Notes under the pieces: generated by a model | Database searches by the model: none | What the model was told of the DNA's origin: nothing | What the model saw: the letters and a program-made list of their open reading frames with translations, nothing else | NCBI GenBank assembly: GCA_017411835.1 | Contig: JAFQPG010000005.1 | Span: 52,774 to 116,773 of the forward strand | From: Ruminococcus sp. | GTDB lineage: Bacteria; Bacillota; Clostridia; Oscillospirales; Acutalibacteraceae | Length of the DNA: 64,000 nucleotides | Reading direction: 5' to 3' | Translations under genes and position numbers: made by a program | In this document: one piece after another, positions 17,160-26,666 of the stretch | Numbering within the stretch: the stretch's first letter is position 1 | Layout: the number at the start of each line of letters is the position of its first letter

Positions 17160-18086
17160 ATGATAGACAGTTTTTTAACAGTTTCCGAGCAGGTGCTCAT
17201 TTTATTTGTGCTGATAGCAGTAGGCTTTATTTGTGCAAAAACAAAGCTTATAAATGAAAACGGCTCAAAGGTAATGACCAATATAGTTTTGTATTTTGTA
17301 ACGCCGTGCGTAATTATTAGTGCTTTTCAGCGTGAGTTTGATTCTACTATGCTTTTAAAGCTACTTATTTCGGCGGTGTGCTCTGCACTAATACTTGCAG
17401 TAAGTGTGGTTGTTGCACAGCTTTTGTTTAAAAATCAACAGCGTAGCAGAGCAACTATTTTAAAATTTGCGACAGTTTTTTCAAACTGCGGTTATATGTC
17501 GTTACCATTGCAAAAGGCGTTGCTTTCAGACGACGGAGTTTTTTACGGAGCAACGTTTGTTGCGATGTTCAACATCTTTGTGTGGTCTTACGGTATTATA
17601 ACAATGAAAGGTAAAAGCGAGAAAGGCTCAAGCTTAAAAATACTCATTAACCCCGGTATTATCGGTACGGCTATTGGTATAGTGCTTTTCTTATGTTCGG
17701 TAAAATTACCTACTATTATTGCTCAACCGATTAATTATTTAGCTGCTCTTAACTCTCCTGTGCCGATGCTGATTATCGGCTACTATCTTGCTAATGCAAA
17801 TCTGAAACGAGCATTTACTGATTTATGGTCGTATATAGCGATGGCTTTAAGACTTATTGTATTGCCGCTTGTAACCCTTGCGGTGCTACTGCTTTTTGGC
17901 ATAAAAGGTTCGCTTTTAGTATCGCTCATTATTGCTACGGCTTCTCCTGTTGCGGCGATTACCACTATGATGTCTGCAAAATACGGTCACGATACTGAGC
18001 TGTCGGTATCTTTGGTGTCCGCTTCGACCTTGCTGTCACTTTTTACAATGCCGCTTGTGGTAGGTCTTGCACAGTATTTATCGTAA
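17160..18086 (+). CDS. AEC (auxin efflux carrier) family transporter
   Basis: About 10 TM helices; FSNCGYMSLPL, INPGIIG, PVPMLIIG and ASPVAAITTMMS motifs. Confidence 0.9.
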   Translation: MIDSFLTVSEQVLILFVLIAVGFICAKTKLINENGSKVMTNIVLYFVTPCVIISAFQREFDSTMLLKLLISAVCSALILAVSVVVAQLLFKNQQRSRATILKFATVFSNCGYMSLPLQKALLSDDGVFYGATFVAMFNIFVWSYGIITMKGKSEKGSSLKILINPGIIGTAIGIVLFLCSVKLPTIIAQPINYLAALNSPVPMLIIGYYLANANLKRAFTDLWSYIAMALRLIVLPLVTLAVLLLFGIKGSLLVSLIIATASPVAAITTMMSAKYGHDTELSVSLVSASTLLSLFTMPLVVGLAQYLS

Positions 18087-18106
18087 AATAGAAACGAGGT
18101 TTTACT

Positions 18107-19114
18107 ATGGCAAAAAAACCCAGACAGAAATTAAAGCTACTATATATTCTTAAATATTTGAGCGAGAAGACTGACGAGAATAATCGTGTAACAGTGCAGG
18201 ATATAATTTCGTATCTTAACTCAAACGGGATAGGGGCTGAAAGAAAAAGTATCTATGATGATTTGGAGTCGCTCGAGCTTTTCGGCTACGATATCTGTAG
18301 CGTAAAAAGTAAAACCGTTGAGTACTATTTAGCGTCAAGAGAGTTTCAGCTGCCGGAGCTTGTTTTACTTGTTGATGCAGTGCAAAGCTCAAAGTTTATT
18401 ACTCATAAAAAGTCAAACGAGCTTATCAAAAAGCTCGAAAATCTTGCTAGCGAAAACGACGCAAAAAAGCTTCAGCGTCAGGTGGTCGTTACTAACCGCG
18501 TAAAGACGCTCAACGAGAAGATTTACTACAGCGTTGACAGTCTGCATCAGGCGATTAACACAGGATGTAAAATCAGCTTTTACTATTACAAATGGGAGAT
18601 AAGTCAAAACTCTAATCAGAAGATAGAAAAAACACGCAGAAACAACGGCGAAAAATATACGGTTTCTCCATGGGCACTTTCGTGGGACGATGAAAATTAC
18701 TACCTGATTGCTTACGATAGCGTGGCTGATAAAATCAAGCACTACAGAGTTGATAAAATGGAAAATGTTGAGGTGCTGAAAAAAGAAAAGCGTGATGGCA
18801 AGGATGTCTTTTCAAAATTTGATATGGCGGTTTATTCGAAGCAGGTTTTCGGTATGTTCGGTGGAGAATTGACTGATGTGAAATTGCGTTTTGACAACTC
18901 TCTTGTCGGAGTTGTTGTGGATAGATTTTCCAAAAATGTTCCTATCATAAAAAACTCAGACAACACCTTTGAAATAAGCACAAAGCTGATGCTGTCACCA
19001 ACATTTTACGGTTGGCTTTTCGGACTTAAGGATAAGGCGCAAATTCTTTCTCCTGAATTTGCAAAAGACGAGTTTTTAAGTTACATAGAAGATATAAAAA
19101 ACATATATAAATAA
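18107..19114 (+). CDS. WYL-domain transcriptional regulator (wHTH-WYL-WCX, PafC/DriD-like)
   Basis: N-terminal KLKLLYILKYL...ERKSIYDDL; VSPWALSWDDENYYLIAY...HYRVDKM WYL core; FYGWLFG in WCX. Confidence 0.9.
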   Translation: MAKKPRQKLKLLYILKYLSEKTDENNRVTVQDIISYLNSNGIGAERKSIYDDLESLELFGYDICSVKSKTVEYYLASREFQLPELVLLVDAVQSSKFITHKKSNELIKKLENLASENDAKKLQRQVVVTNRVKTLNEKIYYSVDSLHQAINTGCKISFYYYKWEISQNSNQKIEKTRRNNGEKYTVSPWALSWDDENYYLIAYDSVADKIKHYRVDKMENVEVLKKEKRDGKDVFSKFDMAVYSKQVFGMFGGELTDVKLRFDNSLVGVVVDRFSKNVPIIKNSDNTFEISTKLMLSPTFYGWLFGLKDKAQILSPEFAKDEFLSYIEDIKNIYK

Positions 19115-19347
19115 GTAAAATTTTCATAAACCAAAGTCCGTTTTATTGTACACATACTTTTTTATAATCTGAGTATAGGGAGCACTTCCCTGAAAAAATA
19201 AAAAAGGATGTTGTATTATGTTGAATTTTTGTATTTTTGTGTTTGTTTTTTACGGTCTTTGTGCTATAATCGGAATGATACTCAGACCAACTACTTTTTT
19301 CACTTTGTATAAAAGAAAGTAGGTCGTGTCTTTTAAGGGGACTTGCT

Positions 19348-19917
19348 ATGAGAAAAGTTATTCTGGCGTCGGCATCACCCAGACGCAAAGAGCTTTTAAA
19401 TGAAATAACAGATGACTTTATTATTGAACCGTCAAATGCTGACGAAACTGTAAAAGAGGGTATAAGCATAAATGATATACCTAAGTATTTAGCACTTTTA
19501 AAAGCTAAAGACATTGCTAAAAATCACATAGACGATATTGTAATCGGCAGCGATACTATCGTCGTTATTGATGATAAGGTGCTCAATAAACCAAAAGATG
19601 AAAACGATGCCTACAATATGCTTAGCTTGCTTTCAGGAAAAAAGCATAGGGTGCTTACGGGCTGTGCGATTGTTTGCGGTGAAAAAACACACAGCTTTTG
19701 TGAGGAAACGCAGGTTGAGTTTTATCAACTGACTGACAAAGAAATATATGATTATATAAAGACAAAGGACCCGATGGATAAGGCGGGTGCGTACGGGATT
19801 CAGACACAAGGCAAAATGCTTGTAAAAGCGATATACGGGGACTTTTACAATGTGGTTGGCTTGCCTGTTGCAAGGCTCAAGCGCGAGCTTTTGGACTTTA
19901 TGAATAGCATAGATTAA
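19348..19917 (+). CDS. maf: Maf family nucleoside triphosphate pyrophosphatase
   Basis: ILASASPRRKELL, IGSDTIV, KPKD, LSGKKH, DKAGAYGIQ, NVVGLP. Confidence 0.95.
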   Translation: MRKVILASASPRRKELLNEITDDFIIEPSNADETVKEGISINDIPKYLALLKAKDIAKNHIDDIVIGSDTIVVIDDKVLNKPKDENDAYNMLSLLSGKKHRVLTGCAIVCGEKTHSFCEETQVEFYQLTDKEIYDYIKTKDPMDKAGAYGIQTQGKMLVKAIYGDFYNVVGLPVARLKRELLDFMNSID

Positions 19918-19941
19918 TGATTTATATTTTGAGGGGTTAAT

Positions 19942-20850
19942 ATGAAGCATTTGTTTATTCTCAACGCTTATGCGGGTAAAAAAAGCCGAGTGGAAGAGCT
20001 TAAGGAAAAGATTAAAAGTCTTAATCTTGACTGTATTATTGAGGAAACAAAATCTCATGGTGATGCAAAAAGAATTGCTAATGAATATGTAAGCAAAAGC
20101 GACGATTTTGTAAGGGTTTACGCTTGTGGCGGCGACGGCACAGCAAACGAAGCGATGAGTGGTATGGTCGGATATGATAACTGTGCGCTTGGTGTAGTTC
20201 CTGTCGGTACAGGAAATGACTTTGTAAAAAGCTTTGATTTTGCTACTGATGATTTTCGCGATTTAGAGAAGATGGTAAGCGGCGATACCGTTACTATTGA
20301 TTTACTTGAGTGTAGCGGGCATTACGCGTTAAATACCATTTCGGTCGGATATGATTGTGCAGTTGCGAAGCTCGCACAAAAAATAAAAAGATTTCCGCTT
20401 ATGACAGGTCCGACTGCCTATAAGGCGGCACTTGTGTACTGTCTTTTTTCAAAGAGAAAGCATAGCCTTGTACCTTTTGCAGATGATGAAAAGGTAGAAA
20501 TACCACAAGGGTATAAAACACAGATGATGTGCGTTGCGGGAAATGGCAAGTACTACGGCGGTGGCTTTAAGGCAACCCCGTATGCTCAGTTTAACGACGG
20601 CAATATAGACTTTTTGTCGGTGCCTACAATCTCGCTTATAAAATTTGCTCAGCTTGTCGGAATTTTTGTTAAGGGCGAGCATATCGGTCACAAAAAAGCA
20701 CCGTTTATTGTACATAAAAAATGTAAAAAGCTTCAGTTTAAAGACGACAAAAGCATTGACATCGGTCTTGATGGCGAGATATTTAATATCAAAGACCCTG
20801 TTGTTACGGTAAAGCCGTCTTGCTTTAAAATAATTGTGCCTAAAATCTGA
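19942..20850 (+). CDS. Diacylglycerol kinase family lipid kinase (YegS/BmrU-like)
   Basis: NAYAG, ACGGDGTANE, PVGTGNDF, GNGKYYGGG and DGE motifs. Confidence 0.92.
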   Translation: MKHLFILNAYAGKKSRVEELKEKIKSLNLDCIIEETKSHGDAKRIANEYVSKSDDFVRVYACGGDGTANEAMSGMVGYDNCALGVVPVGTGNDFVKSFDFATDDFRDLEKMVSGDTVTIDLLECSGHYALNTISVGYDCAVAKLAQKIKRFPLMTGPTAYKAALVYCLFSKRKHSLVPFADDEKVEIPQGYKTQMMCVAGNGKYYGGGFKATPYAQFNDGNIDFLSVPTISLIKFAQLVGIFVKGEHIGHKKAPFIVHKKCKKLQFKDDKSIDIGLDGEIFNIKDPVVTVKPSCFKIIVPKI

Positions 20851-20897
20851 TAAATTTAAAGATTTCAAATTAGGTCTGGGATAGAAAAGGAAAAGGT

Positions 20898-22232
20898 ATG
20901 TCATTCAAAAGACTTTTAAATATTCTTTTGATATTGTTGCTGACAGTAGGGGTAGTATGCTCCTGCTGTTCTTGTGCTGTCAGCAATAGCGATAATACCG
21001 AAAATATAAATGATGAATACAGCATAGTAAGAGATATAAGCTTTTCAAAAGAAAAAACCTCGAAGGTTTTGCAAATTGCTTTTGAAAATACGGCTTTGTC
21101 AGAGCATACATATTCAGTTTGTAAAGCGTACTCGAGCTTTCTTGATGAAGCTTTTTCAAAAACGGTTATCACACGACTTGAATGGCTTAAGCTTTTGCTT
21201 GAAAAACTTGGCTGTGAGCTCGTTACTGATTTAGACGGGTATGACCACATAAAAGACCTTAACTACTTTGAGGGTAGTGAGTACTACATTACTGCGATTG
21301 AAAACGCGGTTGTTTATCGTGGTGGTAATGAATTCGGGCTTAATAGTCCGGCTAGCAGACAGTTTGTTGCGACCTCGCTTGTAAAGGGCGTAGGATATGA
21401 TATTGACTACAAGCTTGAATGTGCAGACTACGATGATATCGACGAGAAAATAGAAGCATCAACCACAGTATATTTAAGATATCTTGTGCTTGATGACGAA
21501 AACTGCTTTAACGGTGAAACTGCAATTACACAGACGGAAGTTGATTTTCTACTTAATGAGCTAGATTTGATGAATATGTTGCAGGGAAAAAAAGTAATGT
21601 CATTTGGTGACAGTATTATGCATGGTACGGGCAATGATGATATCGGTATTGCGACTCTAATAGCACAGCGATATAAAATGCAAGTAGTCGATTATTCAAA
21701 GGCGGGTGCGACCTTTGGCGATGCGCCTGACCGTGAGCAGATATCAGACCAAATAGAAAGAGCAGTTGAAAAAGGCGAAGATGCCGATTTCATTCTTTTA
21801 AACGGCGGCACTAATGATATGCGCAACCTGCCTCTTGGACAGATATCAGACGACTTTAATTACATAGAAAACGGGAGAGAGTTTTTCTCGCAGGGTATGG
21901 AATATGCGCTTGGACTTTTGCGCGACAATTATCCTGAATCAAAGATGTTGTATATAAGGGCACACGATATGGAATTTTCGCTTGAGCGAAATGAATTGCA
22001 CTTTGGTAAAACAGCACTTGATATCTGCAAAAAATGGAATGTTGATGTTGCAGACGTCTTTAACGATACAGGCTTTGATGCTCATAATGCAGAGATAAAA
22101 AAGAAGTACACAAAAATTTCAAAAAATTGCGAAAAGGGTGACTCGGTCCACCCGAATAGACTGGGATATTACGAATATTATATTCCGCTGACAGTGGAAA
22201 AAATGATAAAAAATATTAATGTAACGGAGTGA
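20898..22232 (+). CDS. Secreted/lipoprotein SGNH-GDSL hydrolase with degenerate SLH-like N-terminal repeats
   Basis: Cys-rich signal end VVCSCCSC; ITRLEW, ASRQFV and ITQTEV SLH-like motifs; FGDSI, GATF, NGGTND and DSVHPN catalytic blocks. Confidence 0.85.
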   Translation: MSFKRLLNILLILLLTVGVVCSCCSCAVSNSDNTENINDEYSIVRDISFSKEKTSKVLQIAFENTALSEHTYSVCKAYSSFLDEAFSKTVITRLEWLKLLLEKLGCELVTDLDGYDHIKDLNYFEGSEYYITAIENAVVYRGGNEFGLNSPASRQFVATSLVKGVGYDIDYKLECADYDDIDEKIEASTTVYLRYLVLDDENCFNGETAITQTEVDFLLNELDLMNMLQGKKVMSFGDSIMHGTGNDDIGIATLIAQRYKMQVVDYSKAGATFGDAPDREQISDQIERAVEKGEDADFILLNGGTNDMRNLPLGQISDDFNYIENGREFFSQGMEYALGLLRDNYPESKMLYIRAHDMEFSLERNELHFGKTALDICKKWNVDVADVFNDTGFDAHNAEIKKKYTKISKNCEKGDSVHPNRLGYYEYYIPLTVEKMIKNINVTE

Positions 22233-22237
22233 TTGAT

Positions 22238-23188
22238 ATGACAAAATTATACATTGCGGTTCCTTGCTACAACGAACAAGAGGTGCTACCTGATTCATCG
22301 CAGAAGCTGCTTGATAAAATGATGCTGATGATTGCACAGGGAAAAATCACAAGTGACAGCCGTATTGTTTTTATTGACGACGGCTCAAAAGACAAAACCT
22401 GGAGTATTATCAAAGCATTGCACGAGCAAAACGAGATGTTTCAGGGCATCAAATTAAGTCGTAATCGCGGACATCAGAATGCACTTTTGTGCGGACTTAT
22501 GACTTTAAGGGATAAGTGTGACGCGATTATCTCGATTGATGCTGATTTGCAGGATGACATAAATGTGTTTGATGAGATGGTAGAGAAGTATGAAAGTGGA
22601 TGTGACGTTGTTTATGGCGTAAGGTCAAAGCGTGAAACAGACACCTTCTTCAAGCGCTTTACTGCAGAGGCTTACTACAAAATTTTGGACAAGCTCGGCG
22701 CAAAAATTATTTTCAATCACGCTGATTTCAGACTTATGAGTGCACGTGCACTTGAGGCATTCTCGCAATTTAAAGAGGTTAACCTTTTCTTGCGCGGTAT
22801 TGTGCCGATGATTGGCTATAAGTCAGACATCGTAACCTACGAGCGTAGTGAGCGACTTTTAGGCGAGAGTAAATATCCGCTTAAAAAGATGCTTGCGCTT
22901 GCATTTGAGGGCATTACATCACTGTCTACAAAGCCGATTAAGCTTATTTCAAGAACAGGTATCATCATCTTCCTGATTTCGATTGTTATGCTTGTTTACT
23001 TTTTAATCAGATACTTTATCGGTGCTACCGAGGTGGGTTGGGCATCGCTTGCTGTGTCTATCTGGGCTATAGGCGGACTACAGCTTTTAGCTATCGGAGT
23101 TGTCGGCGAATATATCGGCAAGATTTATTTAGAAACAAAAGAGCGTCCACGCTACATTGTTGAAGAGTATCTTGATGACAATAAATAA
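22238..23188 (+). CDS. GT2 polyprenyl-phosphate glycosyltransferase (GtrB-like)
   Basis: VPCYNEQE, DDGSKD, RNRGHQNAL, IDADLQDD, DFRLMS motifs; 2 C-terminal TM helices; RBS GGAGTG. Confidence 0.93.
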   Translation: MTKLYIAVPCYNEQEVLPDSSQKLLDKMMLMIAQGKITSDSRIVFIDDGSKDKTWSIIKALHEQNEMFQGIKLSRNRGHQNALLCGLMTLRDKCDAIISIDADLQDDINVFDEMVEKYESGCDVVYGVRSKRETDTFFKRFTAEAYYKILDKLGAKIIFNHADFRLMSARALEAFSQFKEVNLFLRGIVPMIGYKSDIVTYERSERLLGESKYPLKKMLALAFEGITSLSTKPIKLISRTGIIIFLISIVMLVYFLIRYFIGATEVGWASLAVSIWAIGGLQLLAIGVVGEYIGKIYLETKERPRYIVEEYLDDNK

Positions 23189-23200
23189 AAATTAAAAAAC

Positions 23201-23231
23201 AAAGCACTTTGGAAATTCCAAAGTGCTTTTT
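23201..23231. terminator. Bidirectional terminator
   Basis: AAAGCACTTTGGA-aat-TCCAAAGTGCTTT. Confidence 0.88.
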
Positions 23232-23233
23232 CT

Positions 23234-23692
23234 TTATACCGAGAAAGCTTTTTTAAGAAAAGCTCTGCCGTAGTTTGTCATAAATTTAGAGTTTGATTCT
23301 TTAATTATCGTTTGTCTGTCGACACCCTTTTCTTTAAAGTCCACTATCATATGTGCTTCCAAAAGAATCTGGTGGTCAAGACCGGTGATGTGGTCGAAGT
23401 TATCAAAATTTTCAACTATGTAGCAAACGCGGTCTATAATGTCAAATTCAAGCTCTTGCTTTTGAAGCATATCTTTAACGAGCTCGTGTTTTTTAAAGTC
23501 GCTGTCTGAGTCATCGATATCGCACACAAGTGCTGAAATTTCGAGATATTCCTGTGTTTGTTCAGGAAGTTTTTCTAATTCTCCGATAGTTTTTGCAAGC
23601 GTGTAAACGCTGACAAAGTGACGAATTTTTGCTTCGTTATTACCGCATAGCTCTTTCATCGCTTTAGCGATTTGATTTACGTTTTTTGTCAT
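23234..23692 (-). CDS. HD-domain-like protein, degenerate (HD replaced by CD)
   Basis: RHFVSVYTLAKTIG...LEISALVCDI...QILLEAHMIV follows the short clostridial HD phosphohydrolase pattern. Confidence 0.7.
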   Translation of the reverse strand: MTKNVNQIAKAMKELCGNNEAKIRHFVSVYTLAKTIGELEKLPEQTQEYLEISALVCDIDDSDSDFKKHELVKDMLQKQELEFDIIDRVCYIVENFDNFDHITGLDHQILLEAHMIVDFKEKGVDRQTIIKESNSKFMTNYGRAFLKKAFSV

Positions 23693-24233
23693 TTCTAAAT
23701 TCCTTCATTAATTTTCTGATATGAGCAAAGGTTTTTTCTTCGCCTTGCTCTTTTAGCATAAAAAGCAATTCTTCTAAAATGTCAGATGTCTTTTGATGTA
23801 TCATATCAACACGACGGTGCTTAGCCGCCATAAAGTAGTTGTAGGCGCTTTCATCGGTATAGTTTTCGCCCTGATAGATTTTGCTCGCTGCAATTCGGTC
23901 GCAAAACATCTCAACTACATAGTTAAACGGCATTTCTACAGGAGTCATAAAGCCTTTCTTTAAAGGAGAGTAATCACGCCAATATTCAAAATGGTGGCGG
24001 TTTCTGCCCATGTGGTGCATCCATGCTGACGAATAGCCGAGCTCTTCACGTGCTTTGTCGTTAGGCGAGCGATCACCCTGAAAATACTTTGCACTTGGAA
24101 TAAATTCCGTAGGCGAGTATTTAGACAAATCGTGAAAAAGTCCCTGCCATAATATGCCTGCTTTTTTGCAGTTTCTGATAACCTCGTGGCGGTGACGGGT
24201 TATGGTTATAAAATGTTTTAGTGCTTTGCTCAT
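23664..24233 (-). CDS. DUF5662-like HD-superfamily protein
   Basis: HFITITRHRHEV, HDLSKYSPTEF, AWMHHMGRNRHHFEYW, EMFCDRIAASKIY. Confidence 0.85.
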   Translation of the reverse strand: MSKALKHFITITRHRHEVIRNCKKAGILWQGLFHDLSKYSPTEFIPSAKYFQGDRSPNDKAREELGYSSAWMHHMGRNRHHFEYWRDYSPLKKGFMTPVEMPFNYVVEMFCDRIAASKIYQGENYTDESAYNYFMAAKHRRVDMIHQKTSDILEELLFMLKEQGEEKTFAHIRKLMKEFRNDKKRKSNR

Positions 24234-24251
24234 AAAAATTCCTTAGCTTGT

Positions 24252-24767
24252 TTATACGATATAATTTTTATTATCTCTTGTTATGATATGCACAATACCA
24301 TCTTTGATTTGTTGTAGATTATCTTTAATAAAACTCGGATAAACTGTGTAGTCCTCCAGTTTATCAAGCGGTAAAAAACACATTTCTTCTTTTGCACCAA
24401 AGCTGTTGTAGCTGTTAGAATTCAACTTTTTCGTACCGCGACTTTTCATTAAGTAGTACAGCGAGATTTCGTGACAGGTAAGCCCTTTGAGCGAACTGCT
24501 GTTTTGTGAGAAAAAGTTTTCGTGTATGACTGCGAGATGATCTATTTCGTATTTTACGCCTGTTTCCTCATATACTTCGCGTACTATCGCGTCTTGCGCT
24601 TCTTCATTCATATGAACACCGCCACCGACAGAATAGTAATAATCGTCGATGTTGTTTTTGACAAACAGTACGCAGTCGTCCTCTATAATGATAGCGCCGA
24701 CACGGTAGCGAAACCAGTTGTTATCATGTGTAAAACAGCAATCGTAGCTCATTTTATTCTCCTGCAT
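24252..24767 (-). CDS. NUDIX hydrolase
   Basis: FRYRVGAII; GGGVHMNEEAQDAIVREVYEETG Nudix box. Confidence 0.9.
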   Translation of the reverse strand: MQENKMSYDCCFTHDNNWFRYRVGAIIIEDDCVLFVKNNIDDYYYSVGGGVHMNEEAQDAIVREVYEETGVKYEIDHLAVIHENFFSQNSSSLKGLTCHEISLYYLMKSRGTKKLNSNSYNSFGAKEEMCFLPLDKLEDYTVYPSFIKDNLQQIKDGIVHIITRDNKNYIV

Positions 24768-24785
24768 TTTTTATTTGTTAAACTG

Positions 24786-26651
24786 TTATCGTGTCAAACG
24801 GGTGATGTAGTCAACATCGTAGTAATGACTAGGCACGAAATACGCACCGTTTTTGATGCTTTCTATTACGGTTTGTGTCATAGTGCAGGCACTGCAGTAG
24901 TAGTGAACACCGTACTCCTTACACAATTTGTCAAACTCTTTTGTATATTCCTTATGGTTCATATACAGGTATTTGATGCTTTGCTCTTTGCAATATTTAA
25001 GTGCATTTTCCAAAGTAGAAAGTGTTTCTTCCTTTGAAATATGGTTGTCTACAGTATGGTAGATAATATTAAACTTAGGATAGTTTGCTTTTACGTATTC
25101 GATATCTTGCTTAGACTCAAGTCGCAGATAAATGTTTTTTGTGCTGACAAGGTTTCTTTTTAAAGCGTAGGTGATTTTAGACATAAGCTTTTCAAAAACC
25201 TTTTTAGACGGACGACCAAACGACAGCACAAGCTTGATTTTGTTAAAATTAAGGCTGTTTCGTGCAAGCTTTAAAAGTGTATCAAAGGTCATTGTGTCAA
25301 AGCGGTTGTAGTATTTGCAGTTTTCAAATTCACTAAGCTTAATTGAAGTTACCTTTTCGCTGTTTGCCATCGGGTGATTTAAGAGCTTGAAGGTGTCTTT
25401 GTGCCAGCGATTTACACATACTGCAACATTATCGCTTGTGAGTCTGATATCCGCCTGGAAATTTTTATATCCGTATTTTAGCGAATATTTAAACGCCTGC
25501 GGGGAGTTAGTATTTTTATACCTTGTGTCGATACCGCCCAAGGCAGGGGCAAGCATAGTCTTAGAAAAACTAAGGTTTTCACGCTCTTTTTCTCTGATGA
25601 AGCAGAAGTTATCTGCAAAATCCTTGAGCGCATCATATACTCCGTTTTTACATTCAGGCTTTAGAGTACAGCCCTTTTCTACAGCGTCTTCCCACGCGGA
25701 AATAACATTTTGCACGCTGATGTTTTCGCACTCAATAAAGCGTTCTTCATAACCGATTTTTTTGCCCCAGAACCTAAGCTTTTGGTTCCATATAAAGCCG
25801 ACACTTGGAATATTAAGTGCATAGGAGATTATATTTGAATGCATTCTTACGGCGATAACGCTTGAAAATTCAGAGATGTTCCTAACGAGGGCTACACCGG
25901 ACAAAGGAGCATCAAGCTTTTTATACTCGCCGACATACTCTAAAACTTCTTTTGCAAAAATCTCGTCGTTAGGGTCGCCATTTGTAAAGACCTTCCATTC
26001 GATTTTGCGACGATTTAGTTCATCAATAATACCTTTGAACAAATCAAGCTGGAACTGTCTGTCGATCTGCTTATTGCCGTAGTCAGCAAAAAGCCTTTCT
26101 CGAGCAATACCAATGCCGACAAGCTCTTTTTTGTTTTTACTGATTTTAAGCTCTTTTTTATATGTATCCTTACACCATACCGCAGGGTCGTAGACGCAGT
26201 AGGTGCGAGTTTGAGTGTTTTCTAAATAATCGCGTTTTAAAGTGTCTATATCGTCACGCACGCTGATGCCCTTTACGCAAGGCAGATTAAGCGCTTGCTT
26301 TAAAGCAACGCTTCCCTCGTTATCTTCATAAAATTTTTCTACGCCGATAGCACTTAAGAAAACAGGAATATTAAGGCGGTTTGCCTCGTTGATAATTTCA
26401 GGAATATATATGTGGAATTTCTCGTTAGTACATTTTAAGATACCACCCGCAAAAACAACCGCATCTACATACTTAAGCTGGCCTACATCACGACTTGAAA
26501 TGCTGTATCTTAAAATATCGCATTTTTTCGGATGTAAAGCCTTTTTAAGCAGATAGTAATCGTTGTCCGCAAGTATAGTGTCGCCTAGATTCATATTTGA
26601 TGTTTGCACCATCAAAATTTTCAGAATGTCAGACATAAATGTACTCCTCAA
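24786..26651 (-). CDS. Polysaccharide pyruvyl transferase fused to a GDPD-like domain
   Basis: N-terminal NLGD, AGG, SVRD, DPA and RMHS motifs; C-terminal TIM-barrel pattern LAPALGG...NS..AF..S...GY..FQADIRLTSD. Confidence 0.8.
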   Translation of the reverse strand: MRSTFMSDILKILMVQTSNMNLGDTILADNDYYLLKKALHPKKCDILRYSISSRDVGQLKYVDAVVFAGGILKCTNEKFHIYIPEIINEANRLNIPVFLSAIGVEKFYEDNEGSVALKQALNLPCVKGISVRDDIDTLKRDYLENTQTRTYCVYDPAVWCKDTYKKELKISKNKKELVGIGIARERLFADYGNKQIDRQFQLDLFKGIIDELNRRKIEWKVFTNGDPNDEIFAKEVLEYVGEYKKLDAPLSGVALVRNISEFSSVIAVRMHSNIISYALNIPSVGFIWNQKLRFWGKKIGYEERFIECENISVQNVISAWEDAVEKGCTLKPECKNGVYDALKDFADNFCFIREKERENLSFSKTMLAPALGGIDTRYKNTNSPQAFKYSLKYGYKNFQADIRLTSDNVAVCVNRWHKDTFKLLNHPMANSEKVTSIKLSEFENCKYYNRFDTMTFDTLLKLARNSLNFNKIKLVLSFGRPSKKVFEKLMSKITYALKRNLVSTKNIYLRLESKQDIEYVKANYPKFNIIYHTVDNHISKEETLSTLENALKYCKEQSIKYLYMNHKEYTKEFDKLCKEYGVHYYCSACTMTQTVIESIKNGAYFVPSHYYDVDYITRLTR

Positions 26652-26666
26652 AATTTTATATTACCC

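Noticed and set aside
18107-19114. WYL regulator as a marker of a defence or CRISPR island
   Set aside because: Neighbours are housekeeping genes (AEC transporter, maf, lipid kinase), and no cas, RM, toxin or array sequence is nearby; this looks like the common chromosomal PafC/DriD-like type
19160-19330. 9-bp inverted repeat TCTGAGTAT/ATACTCAGA, small hairpins and a 34-codon ORF (19218-19322) between the WYL gene and maf
   Set aside because: The arms are short and ~100 nt apart in AT-rich DNA, and the ORF is low-complexity and overlaps the likely maf promoter; not distinguishable from chance
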